This document shows, one piece after another, positions 14,110 through 38,560 of a stretch of 64,000 nucleotides of DNA (the first letter of the stretch is position 1; each line of letters begins with the position of its first letter). Below the pieces are notes generated by a model. That model was given only the letters and a program-made list of their open reading frames with translations. It was not told where the DNA came from and searched no databases. The position numbers and the translations under genes were made by a program. The stretch is from Paraspadella gotoi (taxonomy: Eukaryota > Animalia > Chaetognatha). Where the stretch lies: assembly GCA_051294375.1 (NCBI GenBank), contig CM119269.1, positions 15,873,370 to 15,937,369 of the forward strand, in the 5' to 3' direction.

Positions 14110-14926
14110 GAATTCAGGCGCTATACGATGAAATTATGAGACAGGAATGACGGAGCGCAGGACTATGGGTTTTGCGAGAGGGTGAGGGGGAGAGAGAGAG
14201 AGGGGGGGACTATGGGGTCTTGCGAGAGGGTGAGGGAGAGAGAGAGAGAGAGGGGGGGGAACTATGGGGTCTTGCGAGAGGGTGAGGGGGAGAGAGAGAG
14301 AGAGAGAGAGAGAGATAGTTGTGCCGAATTCACTTTTTTTCCCATAGAAACAACGCCAGTCGCGACGCGACGTCCCGACAGTAATCGCAAGTCATTCGGC
14401 CAGGCGTCGGAAGTCAGTCTCGAACTCATGGACAGGTCGGAAGGAATTGGATAGTCTATTGCAAGGGGCGATCGTTATCCTTTCTCACGTGTCTACGGTT
14501 TGACCTTTAACATTTGGGTTTGTTTGTTTGTTTTTTTTGATAGTGGAAGTTTTAGCGGAGCCAATCCAGGAGGTTTAGACGACAACCACTTAAATGTCAT
14601 CGTTGGAAAAGGGTAACTTGACTCAAATATTCTTTTTTTTTACGAAGAGTAAGACGCCTTGGCGATTATTATTCTAATTATCTTACTCGAAAATAGTCTT
14701 GGTTATAATTCTCAGACCCGGCGCCGAAAACGCCCGCGATTCTCTCTTCGTCGACGACGCCGACTCCTTTGCCGAGGAACTGGAATCGACGGCGCCGACC
14801 GGCGTCGTGGAGCCGCTGCAATTCAGGGAAACGACGACGACGACGTCGACCGGGTTCATCGCCAACCAGGAAGACCCCAGCAAATACTACAGCATCGCCT
14901 ACACGGAGTACTACATGGACGATTGA
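12787..14926 (+). CDS. Second copy of the single-pass membrane protein gene, including its 3' exons ending ...EDPSKYYSIAYTEYYMDD*
   Basis: ATG at 12787 (indels in exon 1). Extra AG/GT-bounded exons at about 14348-14435, 14543-14611 and 14716-14926. Confidence 0.5.
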
Positions 14927-15328
14927 TGGAGTGGTTTGTCAACGCCTGCAGGTGGAGGCGATGACGGTTACATGGTTGACAATACACAATACATTTTAAC
15001 GTTTCACTTAAGACATCTCATTTTCTTTTTTTTACTTATCACGAAATTATAACTATATTGACGCTTATGTGACCGTTGCGAAATTATATATTGAAATGTT
15101 AAATGTATTACATAATACCCATTAACTGTGCTTTTTTTTCGCCCTTAATGAGAAATTACAAAGAAAATTTTTTATTCAAATATATCCACAACGAATCAAG
15201 ATTCGTACATAGCGTGACATTAAATGCAGATTCTGGCAAATCTGAAACGACATAAATTTCTCCCAAGCCAATCCCGGATCTAACTAAGCTCGCTCGCTCC
15301 GAATCAAGAAATAATTCGCTTATCAAAG

Positions 15329-17071
15329 TCAACGTTGCGAAATTCGTTGTAAAATAAGCGCCAAAAGACAAAACAGCATCACAGGCGATGAATGAAGAAT
15401 CCCGGAACAACCTGAGAGAAATTATGCGTTTTAATTTAATTTTGTTTTTTTACAATTTAAGAACTACAAGAACAACTAATAATGAGTTTATGGATCAACA
15501 AAGATCCTTTAACAATACATCTATCTATAAATTGATAGTATTTTTTAAAATTTTTTAAAATTTATTATTTTGGTTGTATCAATTTCACTTTTTACTGTAG
15601 AACAGTTTCATTTCATTTACCGGCTATAACGTTCGACTCTCCAACTCCGTCCATCCCGATCTCGTAGTCGCCGCAGTATCCGTTGAGGATCGGCTGGGCG
15701 TGTATGCCACGTCTGGACAAGAGGATAGATGGAATGATTGAGTTTAGAAAGTAACAAAGTGATTATTCGTAACATTTTTTCTGACCTAATCAGGTTGCAT
15801 CTCATCTGGTCCAAACGAAACTGAGCGTCGTCGCTGTTGTTGAAGTGCCTGACCGAAAGAAATTATTAAACAAGCTTAATAATTAGTTAAATACCAAATG
15901 TTAAATTTAATATTGATAGCCTTTTTACCTGGCGGACCACAGCCTCTCGGCGACCGCGGAGGCACGCGGCCATAGCCTTGGGATAATGTTTGATCCGTCA
16001 GCGTACTCTGCCCAAAGAGACGCTTCGCCGCCCAAGACTAGTCCCTTCTGTTCTTCGGTCCCTGAGACGGAAATGTCGAAAGAGTGACGCTGAGAAGGCC
16101 GAGCGCTGACTTTGCAGACTTTGTCAGAGTCAATTCTCTATAGTCTATATGACAAAAATGACAGTGGAGAAACAGCTGAGCTAAGCTAGGAAAAGATAAG
16201 AGACATAAGATAAGATAAGATAAGATAATATTGAGACATTCACTTCTTACTTTCCTAATATTACAATTAACATTTCATTTTCACTGTTCCACTCCCTATT
16301 ACGCCATCCCCGCCACTCATCTTCATCTTCCACACTCCCCCGTCACCTTCGAAATCGTGCGGATCGCACTCGTAATACTTCTTCCAGTCTTGTCCGTAAG
16401 ATATGATGTTGAGATACCAACAGGCGGAGAGGATCGTCCGGTATCCCTCGCGCGTCAAGTTGGCCGTCGTGTCGGTCCACTTGGGCAAAATGTCCCAGAC
16501 GGACGGATCTTGCCAGACCTCGATGGCAACGTTGTTCTTTTCCAGCTGGATGGAGTCGAAGGGGCTCGAAACTTTTTAAACTTTCTTTTTATACAGAGAT
16601 AATAATTATTTCTTTCCAATGGTTTTCTATCCTTTTTCCTCTCTTTCTCGCTCCTTTTATCTTGATCCTTTCTCCTTTTATTCATTGTTGTCATGTTTTT
16701 TTTTCTGAAATCTTTATCCCTTTTCTTCTATTCTTGTTTTCTTACCAGCTTTCTCGACACACTTCTCACAACCTTTATACTTTCCCTTTCTCTCTCATTC
16801 TTCGCTTCTCTCTCTCAATGTCTCTCACTTTCTCCCTATCACTTTCATTTTCATTTATCATTTAAATTTTATATTTTCAGCGACCAACCTCAACATTATT
16901 GTCGACGACGTCTTGCCAAACGACGAACTTCTTCCCCTCTTTCTTGATCGACTGCAGCAGACGGTTGCTGTAATACTGCTGCAGTTTGTCCATGTTGTCT
17001 CCCATGCCGCGGGATTGCATGAAGGCGGAAATGTTGGGGCTAGAACGCCTAAGAACGGAGGAAGGCGTGAC

Positions 17072-17112
<41 letters not shown>

Positions 17113-19212
17113 ACCAACAATCGTAATAAACCTCATCCATCCCCAAGTGCACGTAAGGATCGGGAAAGACTGAATAGACTTCGTTAAACAATTTCTTCAT
17201 GAAATCGTAAGTCGTCTCTAGAGTCGGATTGATAATCTCGGCCGGACCTATGGACGAAGGAATAATTTTNNNNNNNNNNACTGTCTCTTCAAAAACAATT
17301 AAAAGAAAATTTCAATTAATAGGACCTAAATTAGCAAAAGTTTCGAAACGAAAACTTAAAACATCGGTTTGAACAAATACAACAACGACAACTCAGATAT
17401 CATCAATCATCATCCGTACCGTGAAAAGTGTAGTTGGCCGTGTAAGGTTTTCCGTCGGCCCAGCACGGGGTGATGAGATAAGGGTGTGACTTGCCCCAAG
17501 AGTCCGTATGACCCGGGGTGTCAAACTCGGGAATCACGCGAATTCCACGAAGCCGCGCGTATTCGATAACCTGAAATTGATCGTTGGCGATTTAAATGAT
17601 TGGTGATTCAAGTGATTGGTGATTCGTTCCAGTTTCTCGCTATATATATATTTAATATCGTTTCGAATCATGTTTTGAAACTTTTTTACTTTCCTACCTT
17701 TTGTACGTCCTCCGGCGTGTAAACGTGCTTTGGAGTGTAAGCTCCTTTTTCGGCAAGTTCCGGCATTCCGACCTGGTAAGTTGAGATAAAGACATCCAGG
17801 ATGACAGAGAACTCAAAAAGTAATTGCTGGAAAAGCTAAAAGCTAACCAACTGAATGGGAAACGACTGATCATCGACGACGTGCCAGTGGAACACGTTGA
17901 ACTTGTTATAGGCCATCGCGTCCAAGTTGGCGAAGATGATGGATAGAGGCTGGAAGTGGCGCGCCGTGTCGATCAGCAAGCCTCGGTGGCGGAATCTAGA
18001 AAAAAGAGTGAAAAATTAAAAAAGGGAACCGAACTTATACTTTTAAATAATTCAATCAATTGCTTCACCTCGGATAATCTGCTATCGTCTGTTTGTTAGC
18101 TACGAAATTCCAACCATCTTTCAAGTAAACAACTTGGGAAAACGTTTCCAGACCTGAGATGGTGCAAAGTATCGTTTTTTTATTGTACGGAATGAACTGC
18201 GCAACTCAACATCATAAATGTCATTTTTTAGTTGTTTTTTAGATCAGAATGACCTCTGAGCACGCCCCAAATCGAATTGGCTTTTAGCGTCGACGTTGGA
18301 GAATTGACTTCCAGTTTGTAAGATTCGTCCGAATCCAACGAAGGATATTTTTCGCAATCTCTTTACCACAACAATACAAAAAATATGATTAGGTTTTAAT
18401 TTAGTTATAGTTTTTCCGTGACACGTATGCACTATGTAGAAAAGTTTAATCGTGACATATTTTGTATCACGGGTAACCAAATCTGATATATTGATTCATC
18501 TAAATCTAATCAATGGTCGGTACCCGTCGACGTCGATGTGCAGCTCTTTAATTGCTCCTGAAGCGCTGGCATCTGACCCGGCTTGAAAATTGGAAGGTCG
18601 CGCGAAAATTATTTTCTGTTAAAATTTGAAAATTCCATCAAATGTTTAAAAATACAGAAAATATTGTTTCAGATATTATGATTAAATAATACGTAGTTAA
18701 TCCGGAAATATCGGTTTACTGTCTGTCCAAAGTGGAAACACAAAAATCCAAGGAAGAGATAGACATCACTCCCATCTTCCGAAAGCTCACGACTGTGGCG
18801 GCATATTCACACCGTCTCACATCCAGTATTGTTCGGCCAAACCCATTGGCTCAGAGGGGGAACGCACCATCCCAAGCGTTGCGTTCAAATCCATGGTCCT
18901 AACGACTTCCCTCATGAGTTGGCAAAGCGAGACCGTCGTAGAGTAACCGCTCCAGTGACAGAAGGCGTCACTGAGGGTCAGAAGCCCCCACAGTGAGTCA
19001 CCCCATCCCAATGGGTATCACAGGCGACCCGGCAGTTGCCATACGACACTGATTGTTCTCACCTGATATCTTTCGATCGCTCGGTCCACGACGTCGCAAT
19101 CCAGATTCGCTTCGATCTCAAAGGCCGATGGAGTCAAGGAGAAGACGGTCTCGTTGTCTCTTTCCAGTTTTTGCGGCGCCGGCCAGGGCGAGCCCGGAGG
19201 CGCCCTCTCTCC
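15329..19212 (-). CDS. Beta-N-acetylhexosaminidase (GH20, HexA/HexB-like); start exon not resolved
   Basis: Spliced minus-strand exons give [73 protein letters not shown], catalytic [26 protein letters not shown] and [14 protein letters not shown]. Confidence 0.92.
18794..19043 (+). mobile_element. Solo-LTR-like element, family B (250 bp), in a hexosaminidase intron
   Basis: Termini TGTGGC...GCCATA with a 4-bp target-site duplication CGAC (18790-18793 and 19044-19047). Homologous to 30835-31089. Confidence 0.75.
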
Positions 19213-20499
19213 CTTGAAAATAATACAATTGTTTTATAAATTGTTTTTTTTCAGGAGTCGGTGGAACAAAGGATACACTAAGACTGGTTGTAAAGTTTAT
19301 CAAATAATGGATCAATTTTAAATCACTGCTGACCAGTCATCACGGCTGACGGCCAAGATCCAAAAGTCAGAGACAAAAGATCAAATCGAAAGTTTTAAAA
19401 ACATAAAACAAATATTAAAAGGTGAGACGAAAATTAGAGTCAGCCTCAAAGACGATAAAACTTGGAAGGAGACAAAACTTGGTGGAAAGAATGAAGGTGA
19501 CAAAGGCTGAGCCTGGGCGGAATGACAAATCCATTGCTTTCTATTAAACTTCCGAGTTCCCGATTTGTTCTATGGATCAAGATTGATTACCATCATGCCA
19601 TCATTTTTAAGTATAAAATAAGGATAAGAAATGCTATATTGCGTACACAAGATATCCTTTTATCAAACAATCAAATAATCAAATATTTGTTTCCCCGCGC
19701 CAAGATTTTTTTATTGCTCTTTGTAGCTCTCTTTTTTGCAAATCTTAGTCAAATCTCAAATGCTTACAATAAGTATAATGGTATTATTGTCAGCAATTGA
19801 AAATACGGGTGGTCGCAAAGCCGCAACCACTATAGTAAAAGATAAAAACTCAGTAACCGGATGTACGTAAATTCGTAAGGGCTTTAAAGGACTTAAAAGA
19901 AACAACCATCTTTTACCTCCAATGGCTGTGGAACAACAATGTAGGTGATGTAGCAGTCTACATTTCTTTTCCAAATAATGAGGCAACATAAGAACGCGAC
20001 GAAAAACTGATCTTTTTCGAAAGAGCGCGCCATTGCTTTGAATTAAGTTATTCTGTAAAGTATGTCAATTATTTACCAAATTTGGTGTTTTCCATGAAGG
20101 AATGTTATTTATCTTTTTACTGCCCACATAAAATTTTTTACCTCGATTATTGACGCAAACTCGAGGCTATACGAAATTTAATATCAAAACGAAAAACGAA
20201 AAAAATTCAGCGGAAACTGAATCAGAATGGATAAAGAAAAGATTTTGCAAATAGAATAAGAGAAAAGATTGAAGTTGGATAAGAGAGATGAGAGCGATTC
20301 GGCGGCCGAGGAGGAGGAAGCGCAAATCCAGGGGACAAGGGCGAAAGTGTGAAGCGATGCCAAATCTTGTGATCGACCGAGACTCGTCACCAGGTTTTGG
20401 TCGGTCGGCGATGTGATCCAGATTTGGACGGAGACATTTGAAAACCAAATTATATATACAGTTGCGGATTAAATGTTGAACAAGAGAGAAAGGAAGAGG

Positions 20500-20614
<115 letters not shown>

Positions 20615-22401
20615 TATGAGTTATGCGCCGTTAGTTCTCTCAGAAAAAAGTCAGTTTGCTTATCTGCCCAAATCGCAAGGGAGGGTAAGTTCGCTAGATC
20701 TCCTCACGCGGTCGAGAAAATCCGAGAAACTCGGGTGAGGCGAACCTCTTCACAAGAGAACGAAACCAGCGGTTCACAACTTCACACTGGAATATAAATG
20801 CCGATCTTGGTATAAAACAAACACATATAAGGGAAACATTATTCTCTTCTTTAGAGATATTGCATTCAAGAAAATTATCTTCTTGGAAAGAAAGTTCTTA
20901 TCACCAGAAGATAAGATCAATTCCATCAAGCATAACAAATTGTTGCAGGTTTTGGCTTTGTAGTATTAATCAAATCTTTATAAATTTTCGTCATACAACT
21001 TTCGAATCTTGGGAAACGAACAATACAAAATCGAAATGGCATTAAATCTAAACGAGATTAGCGAACGGTCAAAAATATGAAGGATCGAGATTGTCCCGGG
21101 GTAAACCAATTTTCACGTCTCTAATCTTATTCCTGGCTCATATAATTTAATGTTGGATATTTTTAAGTACTACGTACTACTTACTGCAAATGAAAGCCGA
21201 AAGAATTTTGGTCAGATTTTCACAGTACACGAAGGAAATTGTATCCATAATACAATAATTGCCTGATAATTTTATATAAATAAGCTAAGCTAATTAGAAA
21301 AAGAAAGAGAAAAAGAGAATTGTTTCATCAAAAGAGGCTTTTGAATTCCTAATGCAGCCTTTTTATCTTTGCTTTGTCATTCAAAAAAATGTGTTTGATA
21401 AAGAGAGACAGTCTTCGCAAACTTTCGCCTACATTTCATAAATTGTATTTGCTTGCCTTGATCTTTATTAATAAAATCAAATTTAAAAACTCTTTAAATT
21501 ACAATTAATATTCATATCGATATAAATACATCACAGGACATAAACAATATACGTAACTCGTACAGGTGAGCGAGTGAGCCGGAATTATAAAAATTAAAAA
21601 TTAAGAGTTACAATAATGTCTCTATCTTTCTCTTTCTCTCTCGCAGCTATCGTCGTTCTCTTCCGCATCGTTGTGTCCACAGTTTTATCGTTTTTACACC
21701 AAAGTTAAGTGAGTTTGTTCTGAACACCTCCAAATATAAAACACTAACGAAGTGATCTAAACATTATAATTATTTCTTTCGTTGCCCAATCTTAACTTTT
21801 CGTCTTGTTTTTTTCCATTTTTAAACTCGACTTTTGACCACGAGCCGGCGTTCAAATTTTAAAGCTTATCCTAGTCTAAATCCTGAGTTTCGAACCCCGA
21901 CCCTTTTTAACGCGTAATATTTGAGAGCCTTCCAAATTTAATCAGGTGATGTATTAAATTATGAATTTTTTAAAAAAAATTTAGTGTTGATTGTTCAATG
22001 TTCATTTAATCAACTTTTGACGAACTAAAAATTGTTTTAAGAGGAAAGGTCATTCAGCATAACAATACGTAATCATTGATGTGTTAGAGCTAATATATCG
22101 AGAAATACATTATAGTCATCAGTAATCGCAAAAAAATAAGTTCTTATTTATATGTAAACATTCCGTTTTCAATAATTTTTTTTAAATGGGTAAATAACAA
22201 AATTGTTAAGTTTAAAGATTAGTTTTTTAATCTGATTGTTAAAAAATTCTAGGTAAGAAGTTAAAACACGGTAAGGGATAATTTAAAAGGGGAGAATTAA
22301 ACAATTAATCTTGTTACTCTGTTGGTTTTCCAGTCATGAACAAAATCTTCAGTTAAATAGATGGTAAAGAAATTCGAGCTACAATGAATCTACACTGAAT
22401 T

Positions 22402-22673
22402 TGAAGAGTTGCAGCCTAAACGACTGCAATAATATTGAATTAAAAATTTGATTAGCAATCTTAAAAACATTTGTAAAATGTAATAGAGAGACATTTTGAT
22501 AAACGCATTCCAGTTAGAAAGAATTCAGGGTTAAAGTTTAAAAACGTTTCATTTTCAAGGTTACAAGTTGAAATTTAAAAATGTCTCTCTATTACATTTT
22601 TCTAATTCAGTAATAAAAAATTCATAAAAAATATCATATGGATTGGCCTTTTCGTTTGACCTGCAACTCTTCA
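22402..22673. mobile_element. MITE-like foldback element
   Basis: Outer inverted repeat tgaagagttgcag/ctgcaactcttca, and an inner perfect 23-bp inverted repeat at 22475-22497 and 22578-22600. Confidence 0.6.
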
Positions 22674-23225
22674 GATAGGTTTCTTTTATTTTATATTATA
22701 ATTAAAACCGATATAAAATGGGGGAGAATGCATCAAATGCTTAAAGTGGATACATTTTCGGAATCGCCAGGAGCTCAGCTTTCTGAATTTGTACTCCATT
22801 TCAGCCTATTTTGAAGTTGAATTGAATGTCCCTTTTTCTTAAAAAATAATGTCTACGGGAAGACTGTCTGACTGATAATGTCTCGATAATTTTCTTTAAA
22901 AATGATCTGATATCATTTAAAATTAAATTTGTCTTTTTTGTTTTATAAAGCTTTGGCTGACTCACTACTTTTTTTTGTATCACCACTGCCTGCATTTCTT
23001 ATAAAAATTGCAAAACGAAGCCTTTTCTTGGAGAGGACCAAAGGTGAACAAGATTTCGTTAAATAACAAAGTCAAAAAACCTTTGATCGATTGAAGAATT
23101 ATGACTCTAAATAAAATAAATGACCTAATTTCTTTTTATTCATTTTTTCTTTATTTCTCCAAGGCTGCAGTCTCAAAAAACCCGTTGTGGCCATCGACTT
23201 AAAATGAAAAATGAAAAGTTAATTG

Positions 23226-24036
23226 AACAAGTTTGAGCAAACAAAGTCGGATCTGCCCTAAATCTTTATTGGTAATAAAATAATTAATAATTAATTAATT
23301 AATATTTATTTAATTCAAGTTAATTAATTAATTAGTTAATTAAATAATTAACTTGATATGAAATGTTTGTTTTCATTGATTAATTGACTGATTAATTAAT
23401 AATTTATTATTAATTGACTAATTGATTTATTAACTGATTAATTATTTGATTAATTTATACATCTTGCACTTATATTTAATATATAAAGAAAAAGAAGCAT
23501 AATCAATTAGTGAAACAGGTTCTTTGTTTTTTTCCATTTAAACTCATTTCTTCTCAAACGATTCCATCGAAACTTTATTTCCAGCTTAATCACACACTTT
23601 CCTACCCACATACAAAATTTCAGGTGAATTGCCCCATCCACTCACGAGTAATTGGTGTTCAAATAATGAAATATATTTTTTTGTTTTTTCTATTTAAACT
23701 CATTTCCACTCGGACGATTCCATCGAAACTTCATATCCGACTCAATCACACACTTCCTTAACCGCATACAAAATTTCATTTTAATCCATCCATCCAATCA
23801 CGAGTAATTGGTGTTTTTTGTTAAGGTGGGACGGACGGACGGACGGATGGATGGACAACAGACAGACGGACAGACAGACGGATGGACGGACATCGTTTTT
23901 TTTGTGCATAATTTATCAAAATTTGACATCCTGACTTGATATGAGTTAATGCCCGACAAGATTGAGGGGACGGACCGACGGACCGACAAAGTGAATTATA
24001 GAGTCGGGATCTGCTTATAAGCAGACCGACTAAAAA
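23226..24036 (+). mobile_element. Non-autonomous Helentron-type (HINE/DINE-1-like) element
   Basis: Starts AACAAG and has a sub-terminal agtcggatctgc. Two internal direct core repeats of about 150 bp (23520-23820), a (GGAC/AGAC)n microsatellite, and a 3' hairpin agtcgggatctgc-ttataa-gcagaccgact followed by an A tract. Related end fragments at about 9350-9405, 42420-42480 and 46416-46470. Confidence 0.65.
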
Positions 24037-24419
24037 CTACTGCTGAGAGAGAGAGAGTGAGAGTTTAAAGACGACGTTTTTTTTTCTCTGTCGCTCTCGC
24101 CAAACTGAGTGCACTGCACTGGACCAACGATCGCGCGATTTATTTTGAATGCGGTTTTGTTAATCGCGCGATACATCATTAGAAAATATTTAACAATCGC
24201 CTTTTTCTTGGATCTTTTTAGAATATGAAAATAAACTCGAGTTTTTTACTGACAAAACAACGGACAACGGTTAACCAAGGAAAAAGACATTATCTTGTTA
24301 ACGTTCTTTATTGATTTTTTCATTGATATTATTTTGATCGTCCTCAACTTTGCCCAGTTTTTCAAGTTTTGGTTTTTTTTTTTTTTTTTTTAACCTAGTT
24401 GTTTGTGGAAGAACAGAGG

Positions 24420-26284
24420 ATGGGGAATTTGGGCGGAATGGATTTCGAGTTCGAGGACGGCTCCTTAGTCTCGCAGCAGACGGGTGAGTTTCGGTGAACG
24501 GGGCATTGGTGATGATCTTTTTAGAGTGACAGGACCTCACACAGGTGAAGGCGAGGGCATGGAGATACTGTGAGAGGGTGAGGGTGTGAATATCGTTTGA
24601 GAAGGAAGTGAAATTTCCTTTTAAAAGTTTTATTTCCGTTTTGGTTATGCGAAGTAGATGAATTAAAAAAATGAAATTACGCAGAAATAACTGAACTTAT
24701 AAAATAATCAATAACTTAACTTAATTTCTCGATTCTCCAGATTTGATGGGCGTGGTGCGACGAACCATCGGAAACCGCGAGACGTTTTGGGACGTGGAAC
24801 GGGACTTCGTCAAGGACCCCTGGGTAGCCTGGATGGGTCAGCGGTGGCGCGACTCTTTCGTCTACGGGGTCATATACGTCATCGTCGTCTTCGGCGGCCA
24901 GCAGGTGGGACGACTGAGTCTACAGTTGAGCCACGTATGAATGAGTTGACGTTTTGAATGAATTTTACCTCAACCATTAAATTAATCTTTCAGATAATGA
25001 AAAACCGAGAGAAGTTCGAACTGCGCGGCTGTTTGACTCTGTGGAATCTTTCCCTCGCCGTATTCAGCATCTTTGGTGCCATTAGGTAAGTTCAAAAAGT
25101 GTTAGTGAATAGAAAATTTGATGAGATTAACGATTAATAAATTTTGCCTTAAACCATCAAAGCCTGTCCAAAGTCAGGGGCAAGAGAGCTTATTTATTAA
25201 ATGAATAAATAATTTTTATATTGGTTGTACAAATTACATAGCATCACAATTTTTTTAAGATCTATTTTTATTTGAATGTCAATATTTGAATTTCTCACTA
25301 AGTAGCCTTTAGTTATAATATATCGATATTAACAGTAACCAATTCCTCTATCATTATTTCCAAGGTGCATCTCGGAATTGGTGGAAGTCATTCACACGAA
25401 AGGATGGAAGGCTTCCATCTTGGATAACGGGTTTTACGACGGTTCAACGGGTAAGACAATTACGGATTACAACGACATCAAAAACAACGAAATCAACGTA
25501 ACTTTTTTTCGACGTCGCAGGTTTTTGGGTCATGCTCTTTTCGTTCAGCAAACTCGTCGAATTGGGCGATACCGCCTTTATCGTCTTGAGGAAGCAGCCT
25601 TTGATTTTTCTTCATTGGTATCACCACATGACCACACTCTGCTACGGGTGGCAATCCTACTCCGAGCAGACGGCAACGGGTAAGGCTCGTTTCCGGGATA
25701 TGGTGCATGTGACGTAATGAGACATAAATAAACGTATGTACATTTTTCATGCGCGAAACATTCGCGATATGAAACTGTGAATTGAAAAATGTATTTAGTA
25801 TTTATTTAATTTTTTTTTTTCAGGTCGCTGGTTCGTGGCAATGAACTTCTTTGTCCATTCGCTAATGTATTCCTACTATGCGATAAGAGCCATGAAATTT
25901 CGGCCTCCTCGTTGGGTTATGATTTCCATCACCAGTGCGTATTTGTAATTAATTTTAATTTTATTTTTCGTATTTTTAAACATAATTGTATTAATTTACT
26001 AGGTCTGCAGATTCTTCAGATGTTGATAGGGTGCTCGATCGGGTTTTACATCCTAAACCTGAAGCTTCACGGTAAAATTGTTTATTAATGTTCCTTAATG
26101 TTTAATAATTAATTTTCCGCGATCGCCCTCTACAGGTGAGCAAGTGAACCAATCGTGGCGAAACCTATCCTATTGTTTCATCGTCTATATTTCTTACTTC
26201 GTCCTCTTCTCACACTTTTTCTACACGACTTACTACGCAAATAAAAATAAAATGAGCGTCGAAAAGAAAGAAAAAGCGAAATGA
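24420..26284 (+). CDS. ELOVL6: Very-long-chain fatty acid elongase, ELOVL6/ELOVL3-like
   Basis: Eight GT-AG-joined exons starting at 24420-24483 and 24741-24904. Motifs [49 protein letters not shown] and LQILQM; Lys-rich ER-retrieval C-terminus EKKEKAK*. Confidence 0.92.
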
Positions 26285-27002
26285 ATCTTTTGTATAATGA
26301 ATAAAACATATATATGTAAATATTGTTGTACTTTTATTTTTCTAATGAAGTTAATGCACGAAATGTTTATTTTCCGTCGAATCCCCTTTCCGCAAATCTT
26401 TATTTTTTTTTAATTATTTTTTTTTGTCTATTGAAATCTGTGAGGTAAAATTAATTTCTTTTAATTGACAAATATAATAATTTTTGTTATTCCTCGTGTT
26501 TTATTGCTGTTTCGGTCACGATTGATTCATCTTTAATAAAAAGCGAGCGCAGTAAACAATCAATCAAGCAATTAATTCATTCTTTAATTAATTAATTAAT
26601 TAATACATTAATTTTTGGCTAATTTTGATTTATTTTTCTTAAACATCTTGATTATTGAACCGAACAAACTAAGGAACAAAAACTATTCACTTTATCTTTA
26701 TCGGTCGAATTCATCGACGACGACGACGACGACGACGATAATCCGAAGCTTCATAAACCTCAAGTTTTCGAGGATCGAGCGAGCGAAAGAAAAAGCTCGT
26801 ACGATCCCTCGATCCTTCGCGTTGTGCCTCGATCCTCAGTTTAGCTGCTCGCAGCAAGAGAAAGGGCCCTACTCGAGCCTGAGTAAATACTTGATATAAT
26901 CAACGAAAAAAAAACGCGTAGTTATTTCTCTTTAAAAAATTTATTAAAGAAAAGACTTTAAAAACCTATAAAACTATTTTTCAATAAACACCAAACTTCA
27001 AG

Positions 27003-37440
<10,438 letters not shown>

Positions 37441-37847
37441 ACGGGAACTGTGAGGATGAGAAGATAAGAAGATGTGAAGGATATCTTTGAGCTCGCGTCA
37501 CGCTCGACGTGTATGTCTTGGAGTTGTTGTTATTGCTTAACTCTTTAATTTTAATAAAACTTCAATATTTAAACTAAATCGTTTTTTTAAATTATACACC
37601 ACTGCATTAAAACAGTGTCATTGGAAAACAAATTTAAACTCGCAAATTTCCCTCATGTTTGAGATTTAAGCCAGTTCGATGTAATGAATGTTTCGTCACG
37701 GAAATAGGAATATAATTACGCTAAAGCTTTACAATTAGGAACAAAAACAAACATGGTAATCACTGCTTCAACTCTCTCTCTCACAGTCTCTCCTCTCATA
37801 ACCCTCTTTCCAAGTAAGCCTTTCTATTCGCGGAAACTTTCAAAATC

Positions 37848-38019
37848 GTCATTCGCCTCCCAACCCAAAGGTCCGGGGTTCTAGCCCGGTGGCCGCCCAG
37901 CAGTTAAGAGGGTCGGGGCGCTTAACCCGCCTGTAACACGGTGTTACAGCCTGATCCGAAGCTCAGGGACTGCTTATATTGAACGGTTCTGACACATAAC
38001 AATAATTACTATCTCTTCA
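37848..38019 (+). mobile_element. 5'-truncated copy of LTR family A
   Basis: Matches 40342-40517 and ends ...tctcttca. Confidence 0.8.
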
Positions 38020-38560
38020 ATATGCATTTTATTTCTAATTCAACAAGACTAGGTCTAATTACAAAAAATAAAACAGGATTATTAATTAAATAGTAGGGAA
38101 AGGAATTATTTCTTTGAGAACAAATAGATCTTCTAAATACATTTTTTCTACGTTTGTTTAACATAGTGAAGATGTCCTGGTAACCAAAGAAGCTGTTAAA
38201 TCCAAAGATCTTTCTTACGCCATCATTGATAGCTCCGTTGAGTTTGTTCATGTCTTTAGCTAAAAAAGTCTTAACTTCAAAACCATAGAGCAAAATTGGA
38301 ACACAATTAGAGAAAAACAATTTCATGAATAATTCTTCAGACGGTTTGTATCTGGCATTAATTATGCAATTGCGAGTTTTAGGGAAGGTTCAAATAAATA
38401 TCCCTATTCTCTAGTTAGGTTAAATCCAAGATAAGTCCATCTATTTACTAACTCTATTGGGTTGCCATTCAGAAAAAGAAAATCATTTGTAATAGCGAAA
38501 GAGGACTTTCCAAAATACATGACAATAGATTGACAATAGATAGGGCGTCGTTCAACACTT
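38020..38560 (-). mobile_element. Degenerate 3' fragment of a non-LTR retrotransposon ORF2
   Basis: Minus strand gives WTYLG and KLFFSNCVPILLYGFE...NDGVRKIFG, typical of the thumb and C-terminal region after LINE reverse transcriptase. The frame is interrupted. Confidence 0.6.
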
